Positions 24,589-33,785 of a stretch of 33,785 bases of DNA are shown here, in pieces. Numbering within the stretch: the stretch's first letter is position 1; each line of letters opens with the position of its first letter. The notes beneath the pieces are model-generated. The model saw nothing but the letters and a program-made list of their open reading frames with translations, did not search any database and had not been told where the DNA came from. Origin of the DNA: Octopus bimaculoides (Eukaryota). The stretch spans positions 24,497,379 through 24,531,163 of the forward strand of contig NC_068981.1 in assembly GCF_001194135.2 (NCBI RefSeq). The letters run 5' to 3'. A program made the translations under genes and the position numbers.

Positions 24589-25213
24589 CGAGGTCTGATC
24601 AATAAGTATTGGAACTGTTGTCATAGTAACGAAGCTAAAACACGCAGAGTGAAGCCGCTTGGCAAAGATTGACCTTGAGCACTGCTGCGCATGCGGACTA
24701 AGTTTTAACATTCTAGCTCACTTCCGCTGTTTACAGCAGTGCTTGGAAAGAAGGCGTGTAGCGTATGATCGTCGCATTGACCATGACAGAGAAAGTTGTC
24801 ATGGCGATACCTGCTTAGAAGCCTACGTAAAGTTGCAGAAAGTGTATGGAGAGGCGTGTATGAGCCGCACACAAGTGTACGAGCGGTTCACACGTTTCAA
24901 AGATGGCCGAAAAAATGTCGATATTGACGATCTTTCTGGGAGACCCGCAACCAGTAAAACCGAGAAAAACATCGCAGATGTGCGTGCAGCTGTGAGGGGA
25001 AATCTTCGAATCACCATCCGTCAGTTATCAGAGGATGTGCAGATTAGTTACGGTTCATTTCAGTCCATTATCACTGAAGATTTGGGTATGAGACGCGTGT
25101 CTGCCAAATTTGTGCCAAAACTGCTTTCAGCTGACCAAAAAGACACTCAGATTTTAGTTGCACAAGATCTCCTTGATTGTGTCAAGAACGATGAAATCTT
25201 TTTGAAAACTTTG
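24589..25213 (+). mobile_element. 5' portion of a second, different mariner (left TIR, HTH region to the FVPK linker), truncated before the catalytic domain
   Basis: TA|CGAGGTCTGATCAATAAGT terminus. ATG at 24783; peptide GDTCLEAYVKLQKVYGEACMSRTQVYERFTRFKDGR...SGRP...RRVSAKFVPKLL. No TGDE or DDD motifs follow. Confidence 0.88.
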
Positions 25214-25318
25214 TGTAGGCCTCTGAGCAGACATCACCAAGCTTTTGGCAAAACTTCATGTAGATTCTCTGCTCAACTTTCTGTCATGGTCGATGCGACG
25301 ATCACACGCTACACATCT
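25214..25318 (-). mobile_element. Inverted fragment of the 5' region of the same second mariner family
   Basis: Reverse complement reads GTGTAGCGTGTGATCGTCGCATCGACCATGACAG (matches 24756-24789), then encodes KVEQRIYMKFCQKLGDVCSEAY. Confidence 0.85.
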
Positions 25319-25607
25319 TTTATAATTTTGACCATCCAATCCTATCTATACTTCAAGTTTATGTATGACCACATTATATAATGCGTCCTTCTTTTCTAGA
25401 CATGTAATTTCATATAGATTTGATTGCTTTTTACTTAGGGATCACCTAGTGTATGCATCATCGAGTTGTTTGGCTCTCGGTCAGCTCTATGCGATCGAAT
25501 GTTCAAATGATTTTACCAGGTGGTCAATACGGAAATAAAAACCTTATAGGTAAATTTTATAACATAGTTTATGATTATATACATAGTTATTACAAGGGAT
25601 TGGCTAT

Positions 25608-26169
25608 ACGCCTCGCCACGCACTGTAGAAATAGACGCCAAAAAGACACTTATTACCACCTTTAAATCTCCGAGAATAACACACTAGATTGTAAGCGAGC
25701 AAAAGAAAAATAATGACTGAAAACTTTTGGTTAACCGTGAACAAGATTTTGTTTCAAGCTTTAAAGTAAAAAAAATATTACCTTCTGCTATCATCAGCAA
25801 CGTTATTCCATAATATAAATTTACGAGTATTTCAAAATATGTATGCGAGCCGCGACGTCGCATAATATGAATTCTACTTTGCAGTATATTTCTACGAGTT
25901 GAATGGATACTGGTTATCCGACGTCGCGACGCGCATGCATATTTTGAGATACTCGTAAATTTATGCTATGGAATAACGTTGTTGATGATAGCAGTTGGTA
26001 ATATTTTTTTTTACTTTAAGCTTGAAACAGGATCTTGTACAAGGTTAACCAAAAATTTTCATTCAGTATATTTCTTTTGCTCGCCTACAATCTAGTGTGT
26101 TATTGTCGGATATTTTAAGGTGGTAAAAGTGTCTTTTGGCGTCTGTTTTTATAGTGCGTGATGAGGCGT
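25608..26169. mobile_element. Foldback/MITE-like element with ~250-bp inverted arms
   Basis: 25608-25860 (ACGCCTCGCCACGCAC...GCGACGTCG) is the reverse complement of 25919-26169, with scattered mismatches. Spacer 58 bp. Confidence 0.88.
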
Positions 26170-26594
26170 CAGCACGCGGTCTGTTGGCGATTTAAAATAT
26201 TTTTCCTTTTTTTTCTCCTTGGACTTATCTATTTCCGGCGAAAAGCTATGCTCGAAACGGTAACAACTCTCTTCACCGAGCGTCAAGTTAATATATTGTT
26301 TGAGCACGTCCTAACGGTTGTTCTTTTACTGTTTTTTTTTCTCTGTCTATTCGCTCTTTGAATTGACCTTATATATATGTGTGTGTGTGTGTGTGTTTGT
26401 GTATGTAAAGTGAGAGAGAGAGAGACAGACACACAGACAGAGATCGATACACATATATACACATATATAGATAAATATATATGAATATATATATGTATAT
26501 AATATACATACATATATAGGCACTTTTATGTGAATTATATATACAGTATACATGTATATATGTATAGATACATATATGTATATATATATAAAGA

Positions 26595-26621
26595 GAGAGA
26601 GAGAGAGAGAGAGAGATACAG

Positions 26622-26715
<94 letters not shown>
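26595..26715. repeat. (AG)n followed by a long (AT)n run within a ~1-kb AT/CA/TG microsatellite field
   Basis: About 85 bp of uninterrupted AT dinucleotide. The field spans ~26370-27310. Confidence 0.95.
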
Positions 26716-26716
<1 letters not shown>

Positions 26717-26756
26717 TATACATATACACTTGTATATATATGTGTGTGTGTGTATA

Positions 26757-26788
<32 letters not shown>

Positions 26789-27037
26789 CTTATATGTATA
26801 TATATATACATATGTATACATTATATATATATTAATATATACATATGTGTATATATATATATATATACTTATATATATATATATATATATATATACCAGA
26901 CGAACCAATGGCTCGTAATGAGACGCAGTTTAGGGCAGCTATGTCAAATTCTCTTATACACCAGATGTGCCATCAAAACTCTTGATTGGACCATGTCAGG
27001 TGGGGGAGAAGAGCCATGCGAGGAACGTGAAAATCCC

Positions 27038-27095
27038 GGTGGTGCACCAGCATGACCGCAGCCACTTGGCTGAAACACATAAATAAATAAATAAA
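27038..27095 (+). mobile_element. SINE 3' tail fragment
   Basis: GGTGGTGCACCAGCATGACCGCAGCC...CTGAAACACATAAATAAATAA resembles the 8637-8700 tail. Similar fragments at 22511-22548 (+) and 32221-32268 (-). Confidence 0.65.
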
Positions 27096-27132
27096 TATGT
27101 ATACATTATATATATTAATATATACATATGTG

Positions 27133-27177
<45 letters not shown>

Positions 27178-27263
27178 ATGTGTATATATATATGTGTATA
27201 TATATATATTTGTATATATATGTATGTATGCCTATGTATATATAAATATATATATATATGTAT

Positions 27264-27303
<40 letters not shown>

Positions 27304-27792
27304 ACACACTTCACGCTTTATGTCCTCGGGTAAGCATTAATATATAAGTACGCAGATACATAACGTTAAAAAAATAACTCACAAAAGATCTCTTTATGTA
27401 TAATGTTTATAAAAGTGAAGTATATGAAACTAAGTCTATCACTCTGAAAAACAAATATACTACATACTACATCTTAGTGTAGTCACACGCGTGCGCGCGC
27501 ACATATAGACACGCGCTTCCACCCGCACAGAACATCACTTCAACACCGCCACCCCCACCACCACTGCCATCAGCACTAGCTACCATCGTTACCAATTCAG
27601 AGATTTGTTCTGTGAAGGTGCCTACACACTCACTTGACATCTGATCGGAGATTTTAGTGCATTTGTAATTGCGTATATAAATGGTTTGATTGTTTTGCTC
27701 GTTTGGTTTGTGTGTGTGTGTGTATGTGCATACGTATATTCATATGTGCGTGTATGAATGTTTTTTGTAATTACAAATTTGTATGTTGGTGT

Positions 27793-27825
<33 letters not shown>

Positions 27826-28070
27826 NNNNNNNNNNNNNNNNNNNNNNNNNNNNNNNNNNNNNNNNNNNNNNNNNNNNNNNNNNNNNNNNNNNNNNNNNNN
27901 NNNNNNNNNNNNNNNNNNNNNNNNNNNNNNNNNNNNNNNNNNNNNNNNNNNNNNNNNNNNNNNNNNNNNNNNNNNNNNNNNNNNNNNNNATATATATGTG
28001 TGTGTGTGTGTGTAGATGCATATATATATACATATATATATATATACACACACACGCATATATATCATAC

Positions 28071-28217
28071 AAGCTCAGGCGTGTCTCTGTGGTTATAATC
28101 TTGCTACCCAACCCCATAGTTCCGGGTTCAGTTTCACAGCGTCGCACCTTGGGCAAGTATCTTCTACTATAGCCTCGCCCCAACCAAATCCTTGTGAGTG
28201 AAAGAAGTCCGTCGTAT
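28071..28217 (+). mobile_element. Octopus-type SINE, 5' half, diverged
   Basis: GTTCCGGGTTCAGTTTCACAGCGTCGCACCTTGGGCAAGTATCTTCTACTATAGCCTCG...GAAAGAAGTCCGTCGTATA. Confidence 0.88.
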
Positions 28218-28225
28218 ATATGTGT

Positions 28226-28268
<43 letters not shown>

Positions 28269-28504
28269 CGTGTGTATGTGTGTGTGTATACATGCTTATA
28301 TAAATGCATAATGAAGCAAGCGCACATAAACACATGCACATGTACACGTGCTCTTACGCATTCACCTACACATCTATACACAACCCCTAAATAATATTTC
28401 AGGGTGGGGAATATTATTGTGGCTGTGGAGATGTTTGTGTGGGGCGTGAATTCTGCCATGTTGGAGGGTCAGTATTTATAATATATCTGTACAAGTATTA
28501 GTTG

Positions 28505-28830
28505 TGGAGTTGGACACTACTGGATGGTCACGGAGATAGACCTACTGGAATGGTGGCGGTAGTGGTGGTGGTGGTGGTCATAGCGTGTGGACTGTAACGA
28601 GGACTGGCCATCGAAGTTGACTCTACTGGATGATCATGGAGTTGGACTACACTGAATGGTCTCGGAGATGGATCTTGTACTGCATCGAGATTGGGGTTGA
28701 CTCTATTGGATGGTCATGAAACTGGACTGTATCGAGTGGTCCTGAAGATGGACTGTACTGAGTGCTCATGAGTGGGGTGGAAAACTCTACAGACACTAAT
28801 TATTGAACTAGACTGTACTGAACGGTGAGC
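28505..28830. repeat. Degenerate ~25-26-bp minisatellite
   Basis: Units resemble GGAGTTGGACTCTACTGGATGGTCAT; about 9-10 diverged copies, interrupted by (GGT)n. Confidence 0.7.
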
Positions 28831-28931
28831 ATGATATAACTTCTCTCCCAAATCGAAGTCCAGCTGTACTTTAAATCTGGCGGGAGTTCTATATTTTCCT
28901 TCGCTCCAATAATGATAGAGGAAGAGAGAGA

Positions 28932-28974
<43 letters not shown>

Positions 28975-28996
28975 AGAGAGAGAAAACTGGAAATCC

Positions 28997-29305
28997 CACT
29001 GCTATGACGACGAGGGTTCCATTTGCTCCGATCAGTGGATCAGCCTGCTCGTGAAAATACCATACAGGTGGCTGAGCACTCCACAGACACGTATAACCCT
29101 TAACGTAAGTTATCAGGAAGATTCTGCGTGACACAGAATGTGATAAAACTGAAATACAGGTACTACTCGCTTTTGCCAGCTGAGAGGACTGGAACACCGT
29201 GAAATAAAGTGTCCTTGCTCAAGGACAGAACGCAGCGCTGGGAATAGAACTTACGGCGTTAGGATTTTGAGTGGAATACCCGAACCTCTAAGCCATGTGC
29301 CTTCA
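28997..29305 (-). mobile_element. tRNA-derived SINE (head H1, tail T2), diverged
   Basis: 29170-29305 matches the heads at 6040-6165 and 10905-11040. 28997-29160 matches the tail at 13175-13345 (CAGCCTGCTCGTGAAA...GTGGCTGAGCACTCCAC...CCCTTAACGTA). Confidence 0.88.
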
Positions 29306-29696
29306 TTAGTATATTTGCAGGTTCCTCATAAATGGTCCATAGGTGTTTTCTTTCTCCTATTTATCTCAACTTCCTTTTTCTTACCACATTGATGTTAGGC
29401 GGGCAGCTGACTTTATTAATGAAACATGCTATTTATTCCATGATCCCAAACAGCAATGTCGGGCCGGTTGAGTTTCAATTTGTTGGCTACTTCTATTCGT
29501 AGATTCCACCGATATTCTTACGATTCCTCAGTCTCGGTATATTCAGCTTTCTTTGTTGTTGTTTTTCTTTCTCACGCTATTCCAGATTGCTCTAGCTGTA
29601 CAACATCGTGTCTCATGGGAAGATAGCATCTAGAGGACATTCTCTCATAGTTGGCAATGATGTGGCAAGTGTATATGTGCATATACACATGTATGT

Positions 29697-29745
<49 letters not shown>

Positions 29746-29862
29746 AACACACGCATATATATATACATACACACAATCATTCACACATATATATATGTAC
29801 ATACGTATACATGTATATATGTATGCACGTATGTACGCTCTCACTGTCTGTCTGTCTTTCTT

Positions 29863-29902
<40 letters not shown>

Positions 29903-29976
29903 TACAGATACGTACATGTATATATGTGTGTGCGTATGTATGCGGGTTTGGGTGTATATACACATATATATATACA

Positions 29977-30007
<31 letters not shown>

Positions 30008-30119
30008 AGGTATGCGGCTTTGCGTGCATGTGTATATGTGTGTTTAAGAATGCGGGTTTGTGTATATATGTATATATGTATGTACGCATATGAAATCATC
30101 TGTGAGACTACGCATATCG

Positions 30120-30163
<44 letters not shown>

Positions 30164-30349
30164 TACTTTTCTCACTCTCTCATCGTCTGTCTTTATCTCA
30201 CTTTGATCGATTATCTCATGTTTAGTATTTTTACCGGCTGCCTACTCGTTGACAAGGTTATAAGGAAGATATTAAGGACAAAGAGAACGAAAGAAAGAAA
30301 GAAATATGTGAAGGACAAGGTAGGAGAGAAAGAGAGAGGGGGGAGAGAA

Positions 30350-30830
30350 ATGGAAGATTAGCTGAGAGAGAGAGAGGGTGAGATGGGGAGGAAGAAACTG
30401 GATGGTTGACAGAGAGAGGGAGGAGAGAGAGAGAGACTGCAAGAGTAAGAGAGAGACAAATGGTAGGGAAAGAGAAAGAGTGACAATGGAAAACCTGGAG
30501 AGAGTAAGAAGAGAGGGGGGAGAAAGAAAGAGAAAGAGAGAGAGAGTAAGAGAAAGAGAGAGAGAGAGTAAGAGAAAGAGAGAGAGAGTAAGAGAGAGAG
30601 AGTAATAGAAAGAGAGAGAGAGTAAGAGAGAGAGAGAGAGAGAGAGTAAGAGAAAGAGAGTAAGAGAAAGAGAGAGAGAGTAAGAGAGAGAGAGAGAGAA
30701 TAGAAGAGTAAGAGAAANNNNNNNNNNGTGACAATTGAAGGCTAAGAGAGAGAGAGAGAGAGAGAGGGAGAGAATAGGAGACTGACGGAGAAAGAGAGAG
30801 AGCGAACGAGTGAGATGGTGTAGAGAAAGG
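30350..30830. repeat. Polypurine (GA)n/(GAGAGAGTAAGA)n tract
   Basis: Visible directly. Source of the LSLS and RERE ORFs. Confidence 0.95.
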
Positions 30831-31253
30831 AAAAGACTAAGACAAGAAAATAGATAAACGAGATAAATGTCTTTCCTCACCAGTTCGTTTTAAACTTCAG
30901 AAAAAGTTTCGCTAATTTTCATCGTTGTTCCTCCAGCAATAAATATAAAAATTTTTTAAATGGGTTGAGTAAATTTTTCTTTCTCGTTTGCGCATAAAAC
31001 ACGCACACATACATACACGCGCGCACGCACGCACACATACACACCGATACACGTATACACACGCACAGCCGCACATACATGCATACACAGACGCTCGTGC
31101 ACACACGCGTACGTGAGTACGCGCGCGTGTGTATGTAAGACCAACGCATAAAAGATACTCAGTAAAGTACTTAATACCTTAAGAAGCGGTGTGTATGTGT
31201 GTGAATATATGCATATACATACGTATAGATTGATATACATACATACGTACATA

Positions 31254-31314
<61 letters not shown>

Positions 31315-31772
31315 AAAGGATGTGTTATAATACTATTCCATGTATACAAAAACAGCCATATCAACAATCCAACATACCTCCATCGTCAGCTGTCCCACGG
31401 ATATCATTATGGTTTCGACACCTGGGCAGAACCATTCAATCCGGTGGTGTCAACATAACTAAAATAAGTGTTGTTTGGGAACAATCATATCAATAAAACC
31501 ACAGCTTTCAAACACATTTACCTAATGTACAACAATATCGCTAAATAAATTCAATAAGTAAATCTATAACCAACTCCTAAATATGTAACTAAACAGCGAC
31601 CAAACCTTTAAGTCATACAAAAAATATTCCCTACAGTCTTCCATACTATAATGTAAAAGTGAAAGCTTAATAGCCACGGTCATTCAATCTAAATATAGGC
31701 AGGATTAAACGCTAACTTTACGATGAAAGTAAACAAAGTTTGTCTTTAGAAGCATTGAGATGTATTGTAAGA

Positions 31773-32018
31773 TACAGAAATAAATTATTTCTCGAACGCG
31801 TGATAATGCTATAAATAGCGTGATCAGGATAAATTATCCATATAATGCAGAAAAATACGTTACCGGCCAGCCATGAGACTCGAACTCACATCTCTGTGAT
31901 TACAGATCACAGAGATGTGAGTTCCTCATGGCTGGCCGGTAACGTATTTCTCTGCATTATATGGATAATTTATCCTGATCACATTATCACACGTTTGAGA
32001 AATAAATTTATTTCTGTA
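31773..32018. repeat. Near-perfect long palindrome with a 5-nt loop and a tRNA T-arm-like segment
   Basis: 31773-31900 is the reverse complement of 31906-32018 apart from ~3 substitutions and 2-3 indels. Loop TACAG (31901-31905). Confidence 0.9.
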
Positions 32019-32124
32019 GCTGACTTTAAAACTAAGCTACAACAAAGAAATGTGTGTGTGTGTGTGTCTGTATAGGTACATATTGTATCCATATGTGTAT
32101 ATGTGTGTAAGTTTGAATATGTGC

Positions 32125-32179
<55 letters not shown>

Positions 32180-32705
32180 AGTGTGTATGTATATACGTAT
32201 GATTGAATGTATGTATGTATTATTCCTTTACTAGTTTTAGTCATTGGACTACGGGCATGCTGGAGCATTTAATCGCTTATAACGATTCCGGTACTTTATA
32301 TATTTCAATTTGTTCCGTACGTCGTCAATCTCTATCAAGTAAGATACAGATATTTAATAAAAGCTAAGCTTAACAAAATTTTCATTCATTCCATATCCAG
32401 TGTCAAAACAGAAACCTTTTCAGTAAAGGAATAATACATACATATATTCATTCATACGTATATACATACACTTCTTTATGTAATTTACCACAATTCTAAT
32501 CGTTGTTTTCTCAATAGTTTGTGATTTCCTAAACCATTCCTGAGTATATCAAGCTAGGCTCTCCTTTACAGTTAGCAGCGACAGATATATATAGAGTTTA
32601 TAGCAAAGAAGATTTGTAAACGCTCAGATACTGGAGAAAGAGCTTTACCACTTCATTGTACAAACAGGTCTGGAGTCTAAAGTATGACAATAATTATTAA
32701 ACATC

Positions 32706-32988
32706 GTTGTTGTACTTGGGGATGGTCATATTGCCAGTTTAGCCAATAAAAACACACGCACTGTATATTTGGTGTTAATTTGCTTCAGCTATATATTACA
32801 TTATATTACATTATATTACATTAATCCTATTTCGGCCAGAGGTCAGAAGTGTGACGAAAGAACTCTGGCCTAAATAGGATTAATTTAATATAATGTAATA
32901 TAAAGCTGAAGCAAATTAACACCAAATATACAGTGCGTGTGTTTTTATTGGCTAAACTGGCAATATGACCATCCCAAAGTACAACAAC
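32706..32988. mobile_element. Foldback/MITE-like element with ~130-bp inverted arms
   Basis: 32706-32841 is the reverse complement of 32863-32988 (GTTGTACTTGGGGATGGTCATATTGCCAGTTTAGCCAATAAAAACACACGCAC...). Spacer ~21 bp. AACATC occurs at both ends (32700-32705, 32986-32991). Confidence 0.88.
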
Positions 32989-33343
32989 ATCTGTTTCAAC
33001 ACACGATTTCATATAAAAAATCTTGCAAAACAAATATATAAACGGAATATTAAACATCGGCTTTTCCTTTAAAGAACACGCATATTCGTCCATTAATGGT
33101 TCCAGAAGATGTTGTCTATATCTTTTGGAGAAATATAACATTCTGCCACGGCCTTTTACAATTTTGATTAAAGATTGTAATTTGCAAATTTTTGTATACC
33201 CTTCCATCGCTATTTATTGAAAAAGTACTAAATGACTAAAATAGTTTATTTCCTATGTATAAGACTAGCCATATTATGAAAGTTTTCATGTCAATATGAA
33301 AAAAATAAAACATTAATTAACAATTACTAACTTCCTTGCTTAT

Positions 33344-33631
33344 AGAGGGACATGGCCAAGTGGTTAGAGCAGCGGATTCGCGGTCGAGAGATTGCGGGTT
33401 CGAATCTTAGATCGTTTATGTTTATGAGCGAAACATCGAAGCTCCATGTGGCTACGGCAGAAGATAATAGCGAAACTCTGCTGACTCTTTCTCTCTTTTC
33501 TCCAGCATCTAGCAGCTTACCTGCGACGAACCGGCGTCTCGTCCAGGTGGGGAACCTATATGCCAATGTAACCGGGAAGCCGCCCTTGATGAGCCAGACA
33601 TGGCTCGAGAAGGAACTAAAACAACAACAAC
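33344..33631 (+). mobile_element. tRNA-derived SINE (H2-like head, T1-like tail, (CAA)n end)
   Basis: TGGCCAAGTGGTTAGAG A box, GGTTCGAATC B box, (CAA)4 tail. Perfect 15-bp TSD AACTTCCTTGCTTAT at 33329-33343 and 33632-33646. Confidence 0.92.
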
Positions 33632-33785
33632 AACTTCCTTGCTTATGAGTGTTGTAATGAATATGATACTGAAAACCTGAAAACGTCATGGAATTTTGCA
33701 TGTGAATACATGAAAATATGTGTTCTGTCCATGACATTTGAATAGATGACTCCATGATATAATTTCAAACGATGGATATATATAT

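Noticed and set aside
24659-25381. 240-aa ORF as an intact transposase
   Set aside because: It is chimeric: 5' UTR, a deleted N-terminus, then an antisense fragment. It has no DDD catalytic domain.
28505-28830. CRISPR-like array
   Set aside because: Contiguous degenerate units without unique spacers, in a eukaryotic context.
32827-33207. 126-aa minus-strand ORF as a host gene
   Set aside because: Its C-terminal half runs through a MITE arm, and I recognise no motif or good splice signals.
47-33755. Most long ORFs in the track (YIYI, CVCV, THTH, LSLS, poly-T/S/V/H, X-runs)
   Set aside because: They are translations of di- and trinucleotide microsatellites or read through N gaps; no domain signal.

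Overview
AT-rich, repeat-saturated animal genomic DNA, intergenic or deep intronic. About 3.9 kb is assembly gap (13 N-runs), mostly flanked by microsatellites. The SINE families and microsatellite landscape look like an octopod cephalopod (inference from recalled repeats, not a database search). I cannot support any intact host protein-coding gene, and nearly all ORF-track entries are microsatellite or gap artefacts. Recognisable content: a full-length decayed DD34D mariner plus a second rearranged mariner; a decayed CR1-type LINE RT interrupted by a TSD-flanked tandem SINE pair; two tandem 3' ends of an R4/Dong-like RLE LINE; a Penelope-like GIY-YIG remnant; about 10 tRNA-derived SINE copies with interchangeable heads and tails; and four long foldback elements. 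The least obvious signals are a minimal type I hammerhead ribozyme motif at 7122-7177 and a near-perfect palindrome built from a tRNA-like 3' half at 31773-32018.
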